From an uncultured Candidatus Binatia bacterium (GTDB lineage: Bacteria > Desulfobacterota > Binatia > UBA9968 > JAJDTQ01), in contig OZ251459.1 in assembly GCA_965242525.1 (NCBI GenBank), positions 448,001-512,000 on the forward strand: DNA of 64,000 nucleotides, written 5' to 3'. Below are positions 1 through 9,590 of this stretch, in pieces. The notes beneath the pieces are model-generated. The model searched no databases. It was given only the letters and a program-made list of their open reading frames with translations, and was not told the origin of the DNA. Position numbers and translations under genes: made by a program. Within the stretch, counting starts at the first letter, position 1. Every line of letters starts with the position of its first letter.

Positions 1-509
1 GCTACCACAAGCAGACGGTGTTCGGCAACAAGCGCACCGGGGTGGAGGCGTACCGGGGCAGCGTCAACCTGAAGCTCCAGGAGATCATCAACGCCATATT
101 CGACTTCGTCTTCTACGGCGTCATGGAGCGCCATCCCAAGCTCAAGTTCGTCTGCGTCGAGAACGAGATCGGCTGGATGCCGTTCATGCTCCAGCAGTGG
201 GACTACTACTGGAACCGCTTCAAGAAGGAGAACCCCATCTCCATCACCAAGAACCCCAGCGAGTACTTCGCCGGCCAGGTGTACGGCACGTTCTTCCGCG
301 ACACCGTGGCCGGGCACAACTTCGAGTGGTGGGGACAGGACAACTGCATGTGGTCCAACGACTACCCGCACGCCAACTCCACGTGGCCGGAGTCGAAGCG
401 CTACATCGACCGGGACCTGGGCCACCTGCCCGCGGACATACGGAGGAAGCTGGTCTATACCAACGTCAGGAACCTGTACCAGCTCGACATCCCGCATCCC
501 GCGCAGTAG
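1..509 (+). CDS. Amidohydrolase family protein, 5'-truncated at the window edge
   Basis: C-terminal amidohydrolase_2 motifs (VCVENEIGW, MWSNDYPH). The frame is open from the window start and ends at TAG 507-509. Confidence 0.85.
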   Translation, partial: YHKQTVFGNKRTGVEAYRGSVNLKLQEIINAIFDFVFYGVMERHPKLKFVCVENEIGWMPFMLQQWDYYWNRFKKENPISITKNPSEYFAGQVYGTFFRDTVAGHNFEWWGQDNCMWSNDYPHANSTWPESKRYIDRDLGHLPADIRRKLVYTNVRNLYQLDIPHPAQ

Positions 510-634
510 CCCGGAATCCGCCCCTCGGGCCTCGGGCGGCTTCCGTCCGCTTGCGGCAGGCGGCGGGCGGGAACCCGCAAGCCCGGGGCGGCGTTTCCGG
601 AAGACCACCGGTCCCCGGTCCGAAGGAGGGTGCC

Positions 635-1483
635 ATGGCCAGACCCGAAGCGGCGGCGGCGCCGCAGGAGTTCATCGAAGGCGTGCTCAACTACCTCGCG
701 GAAACCAGCGAGGCCCCCGAGAGCTACGGCGGCATGAGCCAGTCGGAGGCGGACCGGAAGCGCAAGGGCAAGTACCGGGGCCACGCCATGAAGATCCGCA
801 ACGCCCGCCCGCTGGCGGACGAGCTGTCGCTGGAGCGCGAGGGGTTCGTCCTCGTGCGCCACGACACCCGGATGAAGGACTTCTACGACGAGGACGAGGT
901 GCGCACGGTCTATTACCGGGAGACCGAGGAGCTGGTGAAGAAGACCTCCGGCGCCAGCCGCGTGGTGGTCTTCGACCATACCCTCCGCTCGGGGGACGAG
1001 GCCACCCGGGAACGGCAGAATATCAGCGGCCCGGTGCGCAGCGCCCACAACGACTACACGGAATGGTCGGGGCCCCAGCGGGTCCGGGACCTCCTGCCGG
1101 ACGAGGCCGAGGAGTTGCTCCGGGGGCGGTTCGCGGTGGTGCAGACGTGGCGGCCCATCAACCGCCCGGTGACGCGGGAGCCCCTGGCCATCGCCGACGC
1201 CCGGAGCACCGGCATGGAAGGGGCGGTGCCGAGCGCGCGCATCTACCCCGACCGCCGCGGGGAGGTCTATCACTACACTTACAACCCGGAGCACCGCTGG
1301 TACTATTTCCCGCACATGCGGCGCCATGAGGCGGTGGTGTTCAAGACCTTCGAGTCGGAACGGGACGGACGCGCCCGCTGGACCCTGCACTGCGCCTTCG
1401 ACGACCCGGACACGCCCCCGGACGCCCCGCCCCGGGAAAGCATCGAGATGCGCACGCTGGCGTTCTTCGGCGCAGGCTCCTGA
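635..1483 (+). CDS. CmcJ/NvfI/AsaB-like Fe(II)/2OG-type oxidoreductase
   Basis: AAGGAGG RBS before ATG 635. Motifs SLEREGFVL, VVVFDHTLR, HNDYT, WRPI..PLA.AD, HCAF, RESIEMR. Confidence 0.8.
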   Translation: MARPEAAAAPQEFIEGVLNYLAETSEAPESYGGMSQSEADRKRKGKYRGHAMKIRNARPLADELSLEREGFVLVRHDTRMKDFYDEDEVRTVYYRETEELVKKTSGASRVVVFDHTLRSGDEATRERQNISGPVRSAHNDYTEWSGPQRVRDLLPDEAEELLRGRFAVVQTWRPINRPVTREPLAIADARSTGMEGAVPSARIYPDRRGEVYHYTYNPEHRWYYFPHMRRHEAVVFKTFESERDGRARWTLHCAFDDPDTPPDAPPRESIEMRTLAFFGAGS

Positions 1484-1503
1484 CGTTGCGGAGAGGGAAA
1501 CGG

Positions 1504-2979
1504 ATGAGCGATTTCGACGTGGTGGAAACGACCATCGACGCGGTCCACCGGGCGTTCGAGTCCGGGGAGTTGACTCCCCGGGACTTGGTGCAGGCCTACC
1601 TGGACCGGATCGAGGCCTACGACCGCAAGGGGCCGGCCCTCAACTGCATCATCACGGTCAACCCCAACGCCCTGGAAGAGGCCGACCGGCTCGGGGCCTC
1701 GCCCCGCAAGGGTCCGCTCCACGGCATCCCGGTGGTGTTCAAGGACCAGGGGGACGTGAAGGGCATGCCCACGACCCTGGGCAGCGTGCTGTTCGAGGAC
1801 TACTACCCCGACCGGGACTGTTTCGTGGCGGAGAAGCTCAAGGCTGCGGGGGCCATCATCCTGGCCAAGGCCACCCTGGGCGAGCTGGGCGGAGGCGACA
1901 CCCACGGCTCGCTGTTCGGCTCCAGCCGCAACCCCTACGACCTGGAGCGCACGGTGGGAGGGTCCTCCGGCGGCAGCGGGGGAGCGGTGGCGGCCAACCT
2001 GGCCACCTTGGCCGTGGGCCAGGAGGGCTACGCCTCCATCCGCCGGCCCTCCACCTGGAACTGCGTCGCGGGCATGCGTCCGACCCCGGGGCTGGTGAGC
2101 CGCGGCGGCGTCTATGACGGCTGGCCCGACGTGACCGGCTCCCTGGGTCCCATGGCGCGCACGGTGGGCGACATGGCGCGGCTGCTGGACGTGATGGCGG
2201 GTTACGACCCGGAGGACCCGGCGACGGCCCGGGGCGTGGGCCACATGCCCGCGAGCTACGCGGACCTGCTGGACGCCGAGGGCCTGCGCGGCGCGCGTCT
2301 GGGGGTCCTGCGCGAGCCCATGGGCTACATGGCGGAGCCGGACACCGACGACTTCCGGCAGGTCACCGAGGTGTTCGACCGGGCGGTGGCGGACCTACGG
2401 TCCTGCGGCGCCGAGGTGGTGGACCCGGTGGCGATACCGCAGCTCGGCCAGTTGCTGGCCAAGCGGGCGTCGAGCCCCACCAGCGGCGACGAGTCCTTCA
2501 AGCGGTACTTCGGCAGGAGCGCCAAGCGGCCCTTCGAGTCCCGCGGGGAAGCCATGGCGTCCCCGGACTTCGCCAAGGTCCACCACAACGCCCGGAACCG
2601 ATGGCAGGCGCCCGCGGACCCGGGGAAGCATTACGAGTACCTGCTCGCCCGGGAGGCGTTGATGGGCAACCTGCTGCAGGTCATGGCCGACCACCGGCTC
2701 GACGCGGTCGTGCACAAGTCGGTGGAGCACCAGCCCACGCTCATCCGCGACGGCGTCCGGCCGCCGTTCGTCAACATGAGGGGGGTGCCCCACATCAACA
2801 CCTTCCTGGTGTTCGTGTCGTCGGTGGCTGTGCCCGCGGGCTTTACCCGGGACGGCCTTCCCGCGGGGATCACGTTCCTGGGACGGCCCTACGACGACGG
2901 CCGGATGATCCGGTTCGCCTACGCCTACGAGCAGGCCACCGGCCACCGCCGGCCGCCGGCCGCGGCGCCCGCGCTTTGA
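1504..2979 (+). CDS. Amidase signature family protein
   Basis: GPLHGIPVVFKD, GGSSGGS and SIRRP give a Lys-Ser-Ser triad; typical amidase C-terminus GLPAGITF. Confidence 0.9.
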   Translation: MSDFDVVETTIDAVHRAFESGELTPRDLVQAYLDRIEAYDRKGPALNCIITVNPNALEEADRLGASPRKGPLHGIPVVFKDQGDVKGMPTTLGSVLFEDYYPDRDCFVAEKLKAAGAIILAKATLGELGGGDTHGSLFGSSRNPYDLERTVGGSSGGSGGAVAANLATLAVGQEGYASIRRPSTWNCVAGMRPTPGLVSRGGVYDGWPDVTGSLGPMARTVGDMARLLDVMAGYDPEDPATARGVGHMPASYADLLDAEGLRGARLGVLREPMGYMAEPDTDDFRQVTEVFDRAVADLRSCGAEVVDPVAIPQLGQLLAKRASSPTSGDESFKRYFGRSAKRPFESRGEAMASPDFAKVHHNARNRWQAPADPGKHYEYLLAREALMGNLLQVMADHRLDAVVHKSVEHQPTLIRDGVRPPFVNMRGVPHINTFLVFVSSVAVPAGFTRDGLPAGITFLGRPYDDGRMIRFAYAYEQATGHRRPPAAAPAL

Positions 2980-3032
2980 CGCGGCCCCGGGCAGGGTCCG
3001 CGGGCGCGGCAAGGCCGGGGTCCCGCGGCGCC

Positions 3033-3183
3033 GTGCCCGGCCGGGCGTCCGCGGGCCGACCCAGGCGGTAGGGCCGCGGCTACTCGACCACGAGTGCCCG
3101 GCCGGGCGCCCGCGGGCCGACCGGCGGCGGATTGGAGGAACGATCGGGTCGAGGCCCGACGCCTGGGCGCCCGCGGGCCGACC
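3033..3183. repeat. Three GC-rich direct repeats (about 29 bp) at an exact 61-bp period
   Basis: GTGCCCGGCCGGGCG(T/C)CCGCGGGCCGACC at 3033-3061 and 3094-3122, plus a 5'-degenerate copy ending at 3183. The intervening sequences differ. Confidence 0.7.
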
Positions 3184-3208
3184 CCCGCGCAAGGGAAAGG
3201 GATGGAGG

Positions 3209-3763
3209 ATGCCCCGCATACCGGAGCTCACGAGGCGAGAAGACATACCCGAAGACCAGCGGCGGCACTACGACGCCATCATGGCCAGCCGGAAACGGAT
3301 CGGCGCGCCCTACGCCAACCTGCTCCACTGCCCGGACTTGGCCGCGCGCACCGCCCACCTGGTGGGGTATTCGCTGCACACCTCGGACTTTCCCCGCAAG
3401 GAGAAGGAACTGGCCATCTGCACGGTGGCCCGGGAGATGGACTGCGTATATGAGTGGGCCGCCCACTCGGGCCACGCCCTGGACGCCGGGGTGCGGGAGG
3501 AGGCGGTGGCCGCCATCCGCGACGGCAAGGCGCCCGAGGGCCTCGACCCTGACGAAGCGCCGCTGGTCCGGTACGTCCAGGAGCTCCTCCGGCCGCCGCG
3601 CCGGGTGACCGAGCCGACCTTCCGGGCGCTGCGGGAACGCCTCGGGGACCGGCGGCTGGCGGAGCTCACGGGCATCGTCGGCGCGTACGTGGGCCTCGCG
3701 TGCTCCCTCAACGCCTTCGAGGTCCCTGCCCCCGAAGGCATGCCGGTGCTGCCCGCGGGATGA
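3209..3763 (+). CDS. Carboxymuconolactone decarboxylase (AhpD-like) family protein
   Basis: KELAICTVARE...YEWAAH...A..AGV pattern; no CxxC. Confidence 0.8.
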   Translation: MPRIPELTRREDIPEDQRRHYDAIMASRKRIGAPYANLLHCPDLAARTAHLVGYSLHTSDFPRKEKELAICTVAREMDCVYEWAAHSGHALDAGVREEAVAAIRDGKAPEGLDPDEAPLVRYVQELLRPPRRVTEPTFRALRERLGDRRLAELTGIVGAYVGLACSLNAFEVPAPEGMPVLPAG

Positions 3764-4833
3764 GCGCCATGCCCGAGACCGTCCCGGAGCCTGCCCTCCT
3801 CGACGCTACCGCCGCCGCGGAGAACGGCATCCCCGTACTGGACGCGGCCGGTTTCCTGGCCGGCGCTCCCGGCGCCCCGGAGCGGGCGGCCGCGGAGTTG
3901 CGCCGCGCCTTGGAACAGGTGGGTTTCTACGTCCTGCGGGGCCACGGCGTGCCCTGGGGACTGGTGGAAGACGTGTTCGTCCAGTGCGCCCGTTTCCACG
4001 CGCTCCCGCTTTCGGAGAAGATGGCGATCCGGGGCAACGAGCACAACGTGGGATACATGCCGGTGAACGGGTACGTGTCCCGGAGCTCGCGGGTGGAGAA
4101 GGCCACCCGGCCCAACTTCGTGGAGGCGTTGTTCCTCAAGCGGGACCTTCCCCCGGACCACCCGGACGTGGTGGCCGGCGTGCGCTATCGTTGCGCCAAC
4201 CAATGGCCGGAGGCCCGCGCGCTGCCGGGTTTCCGCGAGACCGTGGCGGCCTACCTGGACGCCATGGAGGGGCTCTGCAAACGCATGCTGCCACTCTACG
4301 CCGCGGCCCTGGACCTCCACCCGGACTACTTCCGGGAGGCCTTCGCCGAGCCCCAGTACACGCTGCGGATGTCCCATTACCCGCCCGCGGAGCAGGGCGA
4401 CGCCCGCCAGTACGGGCTTGCGCCGCACACGGACTCGAGCTTCCTCACCATGCTGCCCCAGTCGGAGTTGCCCGGCTTGTCCATCTGCCTGCCCTCGGGC
4501 CGATGGGTAGAGGCGCCCGCGGCCCCCGGCGCGTTCCTGGTGAACTCCGGGGACATGCTGCGCCGGTGGACCAACCACCGGTTCCTGTCCACGCCGCACC
4601 GGGTGGTGAACCGGAACGCGGGCCGGGACCGCTACGCCGTCCCGTTCTTCTTCGACGCTACCCACGACTTCCCCATGGCGTGCCTGCCCACCTGCCGGGG
4701 ACCGGGCAATCCCCCCCGCTACGAGCCGGTCACCTACGGCGAGTACATGCGCTGGTTCGCTCGACAGTACGACCACGTGCGGGACCGGGACGGCCACGAC
4801 CCCGACGACCCCGGCGTCCCCACCGTCAGGTAA
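3760..4833 (+). CDS. Isopenicillin N synthase-like 2OG-Fe(II) dioxygenase
   Basis: ATGA overlap with the upstream stop. Motifs GFYVLRGHGV, HTD...H (STPHRV), RYAVPFF. Confidence 0.9.
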   Translation: MSAMPETVPEPALLDATAAAENGIPVLDAAGFLAGAPGAPERAAAELRRALEQVGFYVLRGHGVPWGLVEDVFVQCARFHALPLSEKMAIRGNEHNVGYMPVNGYVSRSSRVEKATRPNFVEALFLKRDLPPDHPDVVAGVRYRCANQWPEARALPGFRETVAAYLDAMEGLCKRMLPLYAAALDLHPDYFREAFAEPQYTLRMSHYPPAEQGDARQYGLAPHTDSSFLTMLPQSELPGLSICLPSGRWVEAPAAPGAFLVNSGDMLRRWTNHRFLSTPHRVVNRNAGRDRYAVPFFFDATHDFPMACLPTCRGPGNPPRYEPVTYGEYMRWFARQYDHVRDRDGHDPDDPGVPTVR

Positions 4834-4843
4834 CCGTCCATGG

Positions 4844-4982
4844 GAAACCCTGAACAATCGGGACAGGGGACATGAGCGCGTCCTTCGACTTCGCTACGCT
4901 ACGCTCAGGACGAACGGGGATAGGGGCGTCAGGGTGAGGGAATCGGGAATCCATCCCGGATGTCTCGATTGTTCGGAGGTTC
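4844..4982. mobile_element. 139-bp MITE-like element with imperfect ~22-bp TIRs and one REP-like unit
   Basis: Left end GAAACCCTGAACAATCGGGACA, right end TGTCTCGATTGTTCGGAGGTTC. Flanks CCATGG/CGATGG match 5/6. Near reverse complement of 30894-31164. Confidence 0.7.
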
Positions 4983-5007
4983 CGATGGGAGACTTTGAAC
5001 CATTGCC

Positions 5008-5078
5008 TCCGTTCGTCCTGAGCGTAGCCAAGCGAGGATCCCCGTTCGTCCTGAGCGAAGCGAAGTCGAAGGACGCGC
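5008..5078. repeat. Two further REP-like units (CCGTTCGTCCTGAGCG...GAAGGAC), inverted relative to the unit in 4844-4982
   Basis: Direct sequence match to the 33-bp unit family. Confidence 0.7.
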
Positions 5079-5365
5079 TTTCCCATGGGGAGAGGCGCTT
5101 CGAGCCGGAATCGACCGGAGGTTCCTGTGGACCACGCGAGGACCACGCGACCGCTGCGGAAGGGTGTCAATTTGGTAACATGTGCTGTGGAAAAGTCTGT
5201 CGATAACGCCGGAAAGCACCGGCAACGGTCCCTGCTCATCCGCAATCCAACGGATAGCCCAATGGTTGGGCAGCGTTTCCTTCCAGAAATTCGGATAGTT
5301 GCGGACATGACGCCGGTTCCGGCGCGCGAGGCGGCCTCGCCCGGTGGGGGCCGGGGCGCGGGTAA

Positions 5366-7555
5366 GTGACCGACTCTCAAGGGACAACGGTCTCCAGGGC
5401 CAACCTCCGGGCGTTGCTCCGGCCGAGGTCGGTGGCGGTGGTGGGGGCGTCGCCCAGGGGGGGCACTGGCGGGAGGATCCTGGGGAACGTGCTGGCGTCG
5501 GGTTTCCAGGGCCCGGTCTATCCGGTGAACCCCAACCATGCGGAGGTCCGGGGCCGGAAGTGCTACCCGTCCCTCCAGCGGCTCCCCGAAACGCCGGATT
5601 GCGTGGTGGTGGCCCTGCCCGCGGCCCAGGTGCTGGGGGTGGTGGAAGACGCGGTGGCCGCGGGGGCGCCTTCGGGCATCGTGGTGGCCGAGGGGTTCTC
5701 CGACGGCGACACCGCCCCGGGCCGCCGGCGGCAGCGCGAGCTCCGGCGGCTGGCGGCCAGAGGCGGCATGGCCGTCACCGGGCCTTGCTGCATGGGCGTG
5801 GCGAGCCTCCGGTACGGGTTCGCCAACTCCTATTTCTCGATCCCGCCGGACGCGGTGCCGGGCGGGGTGTCGCTGGTCTCCCAGAGCGGCGGGTTGACCA
5901 ACGCGGTCACCGAGTTGGGGGCCAGCCGCGGCATCGGGTTCAACTACGTCATCTCCAGCGGCAACGAGGCGGTGGTGGAGATGGCCGACTACGTGGAGTA
6001 CCTGGCCGACGACCCCGAGACCCGGGTCATCGCCTGCATCATGGAAGGGGCCAAGGACGGCGCCAAGCTGCGCCGGGTGCTGGCGTCGGCCGGCCGGAAG
6101 AAGCCGGTGGTGGTGCTGAAGCTGGGCCGCACCGAGTCCGGGCGGAGGGCCACGGTGGCCCACACCGGCACCCTGGCCGGGCGGCAGGAAGCCTACGCGG
6201 CGCTGTTCCGCGAGACCGGAGCGGCGCCGGTGGACAGCATCGACGAGCTGGTGGAGACCGCGGGCCTGTTCCTCCACGCGCGCCTCCCCGCGGGAGGGAG
6301 GGCGGCGTTCCTCACCATCTCCGGCGGGGCCACCGCGCTCATCAGCGACTTGAACGCGGCCGCGGGCCTGGAGTGCCCGGCCCTGTCCGAAGCCGCCCAG
6401 TCCCGGCTCGGGGAGATCCTCGCGGTCACCGACCGCCCGTTCCACAACCCCATCGACACCGTGGGGATGCCGCGCATCGAGCAGGGCGCCAACCTCACCG
6501 CGGTGCTGGAGACCCTGCTCGGCGACGACGGCATCGACCTGGTGGGCCTGGCCCTGAGCGTCAAGCGCGCCGGCGCGCCGGCCCAGCGGAAGCTGCTGGA
6601 CCAGGTGGGCGCGTGCGCCCGGGCCGCGGCCAAGCCCCTGTTCGTGCTGTCGCTGGCTTCCAACGGACTCACTGGCGACTGCCGGGGGTTCTCCGACGAG
6701 ACCGGCGTCCCCATGCTGGAAGACGTGGCCGGAGGCATGAAGGCGGTCCGCAGGCTGGTGGACTACGCCGCGTTCCTCCGAAGGAGGGAGTCGAAGGAGT
6801 CGTCCCCGGCGCCCGGGGCGTCCGCGGACTTCCGTCCGCCCGAAGGCGCCGGCGTCCTCACCGAGTACGAGAGCAAGCGGGCGCTCGCTCGCGCGGGCCT
6901 GCCGGTGACCCGGGAAGGGTTGGCCGAGACCCCGGAACGGGCCGCGGCCATTGCCGCGGAACTGGGCTTTCCGGTGGCCCTCAAGGTCCAGTCGCCCCAG
7001 GTCCCGCACAAGTCCGACGTGGGCGGCGTCCATCTCGGCGCCCGGACTGCGGGAGAGGTGGAGGAGGCGTTCGTCCGCATGGTGGAAGGCGTGGCCGGGG
7101 CCTGCCCGGACGCGCGCATCCACGGGGTGCTGGTGCAGGAGATGGTGCCGGACGGGCTGGAGGTCATGGTCGGCATGGCCCACGACCGCCAGTTCGGGCC
7201 GCTGGTGATGGTGGGCCTGGGCGGGATATACGTGGAGGCGTTGGGGGACGCGGCCTTCCGGTTGCCGCCGCTGGACGAGGAGGACGTGCGCGAGATGCTG
7301 GCGGAGTTGCGCGGCGCCGCCCTGATCCGGGGCGCGCGCCGGGGACCCCCGCGGGACCTGGACGCCCTGGTCCGGTGCGTGGTGCGCTTCGGCGACTTCG
7401 TGGCGCGGAACGCGGGCCGGTTCAGCGCCGTCGAGATGAACCCCGTGATGGTGCGTCCCAAGGGTTGCGGCGTGGTGGTGGCGGACGCGCTCATCACCGT
7501 GCCGGACCCCGCGGAGCAGGGAGACCCCCATGAACTACGAGAACATACTGTATGA
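5366..7555 (+). CDS. Acetate--CoA ligase family (NDP-forming acyl-CoA synthetase, fused alpha/beta)
   Basis: PRSVAVVGAS, SQSGG, SSGNEA, AHTGTLAG (phospho-His), HKSDVGGV ATP-grasp. Confidence 0.9.
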   Translation: MTDSQGTTVSRANLRALLRPRSVAVVGASPRGGTGGRILGNVLASGFQGPVYPVNPNHAEVRGRKCYPSLQRLPETPDCVVVALPAAQVLGVVEDAVAAGAPSGIVVAEGFSDGDTAPGRRRQRELRRLAARGGMAVTGPCCMGVASLRYGFANSYFSIPPDAVPGGVSLVSQSGGLTNAVTELGASRGIGFNYVISSGNEAVVEMADYVEYLADDPETRVIACIMEGAKDGAKLRRVLASAGRKKPVVVLKLGRTESGRRATVAHTGTLAGRQEAYAALFRETGAAPVDSIDELVETAGLFLHARLPAGGRAAFLTISGGATALISDLNAAAGLECPALSEAAQSRLGEILAVTDRPFHNPIDTVGMPRIEQGANLTAVLETLLGDDGIDLVGLALSVKRAGAPAQRKLLDQVGACARAAAKPLFVLSLASNGLTGDCRGFSDETGVPMLEDVAGGMKAVRRLVDYAAFLRRRESKESSPAPGASADFRPPEGAGVLTEYESKRALARAGLPVTREGLAETPERAAAIAAELGFPVALKVQSPQVPHKSDVGGVHLGARTAGEVEEAFVRMVEGVAGACPDARIHGVLVQEMVPDGLEVMVGMAHDRQFGPLVMVGLGGIYVEALGDAAFRLPPLDEEDVREMLAELRGAALIRGARRGPPRDLDALVRCVVRFGDFVARNAGRFSAVEMNPVMVRPKGCGVVVADALITVPDPAEQGDPHELREHTV

Positions 7556-8330
7556 AGTGGCCGACCGCGTGGCCACCATCACCCTCAACCGCCCGGAGGT
7601 GATGAACGCCATCAGCTACCGGGCCCGGGACGAGCTCGTGGACGCGTGCGGCAGGGTGTCCGCGGACCGGGAAGTGTGGGCGTGCATCATCACCGGCGCG
7701 GGGGAGCGGGCTTTCTCCACCGGCCTCGACCTGAAGGAGCGGGCCGGGGAAGTGGACGAAGCGACCTTCTTCGACAAGCGGCGCGAGCGCAGCCGGCCGA
7801 GCGTCCATTCCCAGAACCGGGCGGTGGCCGCGCTGGAGAAGCCCACCATTGCGGCCATCCGGGGCTATGCGGTGGGCGGCGGCCTGGAGCTCGCGCTGGC
7901 CTGCGACATCCGCGTGGCCGCGGAGGACGCCAGGCTGGGGATGTTCGAGGTGCGGCGGGGCCGTTTGGGGGGCGGCGGAGGCACCCAGCGGCTGCCGCGG
8001 CTCGTGGGCATGGCCAAGGCCCTGGAGCTCTGCCTCACGGGCGAGGCGGTGGACGCCTCGGAAGCCCTGCGCATCGGCCTGGTGAACAAGGTGGCGCCGG
8101 TGGACGGGTACATGGACGCGGCCCGGGAGATCGCGGCCCGGATCTGCCTCGGCGCGCCCCTGTCCGTCATCGCCATCAAGGAGGCCATCACCAGGGGTTG
8201 CCAGCTTCCCCTGGAGCAGGGACTGAAGATCGAGAGCGAGCTGGGCCTCGCCCTCTCCACCACCGAGGACCAGAAGGAAGGCTCGCGCGCTTTCGCCGAG
8301 AAGCGCCCCGCGGTGTGGAAGGCGCGGTAG
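7530..8330 (+). CDS. Enoyl-CoA hydratase/isomerase
   Basis: ITLNRPEVMNA, FSTGLDL, GYAVGGGLELALACD, AFAEKRPAVW. Confidence 0.92.
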   Translation: MNYENILYEVADRVATITLNRPEVMNAISYRARDELVDACGRVSADREVWACIITGAGERAFSTGLDLKERAGEVDEATFFDKRRERSRPSVHSQNRAVAALEKPTIAAIRGYAVGGGLELALACDIRVAAEDARLGMFEVRRGRLGGGGGTQRLPRLVGMAKALELCLTGEAVDASEALRIGLVNKVAPVDGYMDAAREIAARICLGAPLSVIAIKEAITRGCQLPLEQGLKIESELGLALSTTEDQKEGSRAFAEKRPAVWKAR

Positions 8331-8417
8331 CGGGCCGCGGACGGCGGCGGGCGGCGGACCGCGGCGCCGGGCGGCCTGCGGCGGCCCCGGTCCCGCCCAT
8401 GGAACACAGGAGGCAAG

Positions 8418-9590
8418 ATGAGCACGAACCTGAGCGGCAAGTACGCCATCGTCGGAGTCGGCCAGAGCCCCTTGGGCAAGGTGCCGGAGCTCGGCCCCAT
8501 CGGGCTCTTCGCGGTGGCGGCCCGGAACGCCATCGAGGACGCCGGCCTGAAGAAGGAAGACGTGGACGGCCTCATCACCCGGGGCCCGGACGACGTGTAC
8601 TGCCACCACCAGCGGGTGGGGGAGGCCCTGGGTCTCGACGTAACCTTCAGCACCTCCACCGCCAACGGCGGCGCGAGCCAGACCATGGCCGTGGCCATGG
8701 CCTGCATGGCCATCGAAGCCGGGGTCTGCCGCACCGTGGTGGTGGGCTACGGCCGCGACACCTGGTCGCGCACCCACCGGGACGCCGAGGCCAAGCAGGC
8801 GGTGGCGTCCCGGCCCCGCACCTACTCGGAGTTCGGCTCCGAGTTCGGCCAGTTCGGCGCCCCGGTGAACTACGCGGTGGCGGCCCGGCGCCACATGGAG
8901 CGCTTCGGCACCACCAAGGCGCAGCTCGGCGCCATCGCGGTGGCGTTCCGCAACCACGCCCGCAGGAACCCCCTGGCGTTCATGCAGAAGCCCCTGACCC
9001 TGGACGAGTACCTGGGCGCCCGGCTCATCGTGGACCCCCTGTGCCTCTACGATTGCAGCGTGTTCATCGACGGCGCGGGCGCGGTGGCGGTGACCAGCGC
9101 GGAACGCGCCCGGGACCTCCGGCAGCCCCCGGCCTACGTCCTGGGCTTCGGCTTCGGCAACCGCCTGAGCGGCTGGTACGCGGACGACAACATGGTCACC
9201 ACCGGGGCCAGGGAAGCGGGGGAGGCGGCCTACCGCATGGCCGGCGTCGGCCCCGGGGACGTGGACACGGCCCAGATCTACGACTGCTTCACCCACATGG
9301 TGCTCTTGCAGCTCGAAGACTACGGCTTCTGCGCCAAGGGGGAGGGGGGGCCGTTCGCGGCCTCCGGCGCGTTGGAGCTCGACGGCGCGCTGCCCACCAA
9401 CACCTCGGGCGGGCAACTGTCCGAAGGGCATATCGAAGGCATGCTCCAGGTCCTTGAAGGCGCCCGGCAGGTGCGCCGGGAGCACGCCCCCGACCGCCAA
9501 GTGGCGGACTGCGACATCGCCCTGGTCACCGGCCACGGCGGCAACACCGTGTGCCAGTCGGCGCTGATCCTGGGGAGGGAAGCGGGATGA
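8418..9590 (+). CDS. SCP-x/Ltp2-like thiolase family protein
   Basis: AIVGVGQS, PLCLYDC...DGAGA, QIYDCF, NTSGGQLSEGH. Confidence 0.88.
   Translation: MSTNLSGKYAIVGVGQSPLGKVPELGPIGLFAVAARNAIEDAGLKKEDVDGLITRGPDDVYCHHQRVGEALGLDVTFSTSTANGGASQTMAVAMACMAIEAGVCRTVVVGYGRDTWSRTHRDAEAKQAVASRPRTYSEFGSEFGQFGAPVNYAVAARRHMERFGTTKAQLGAIAVAFRNHARRNPLAFMQKPLTLDEYLGARLIVDPLCLYDCSVFIDGAGAVAVTSAERARDLRQPPAYVLGFGFGNRLSGWYADDNMVTTGAREAGEAAYRMAGVGPGDVDTAQIYDCFTHMVLLQLEDYGFCAKGEGGPFAASGALELDGALPTNTSGGQLSEGHIEGMLQVLEGARQVRREHAPDRQVADCDIALVTGHGGNTVCQSALILGREAG

Noticed and set aside
510-600. GC-rich intergenic hairpins (also near 8335-8395, 22160-22215, 38890-38980) as ncRNAs or intrinsic terminators
   Set aside because: No U-tract and no recognisable RNA family motif; such stems are expected at this GC content.
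4826-7531. Very long antisense or alternate-frame ORFs (901 aa here; also 22266-24557, 46532-49204, 61419-63842 and many others)
   Set aside because: They are shadow ORFs of real genes in high-GC DNA: Arg/Gly/Pro/His-rich, with no motifs.
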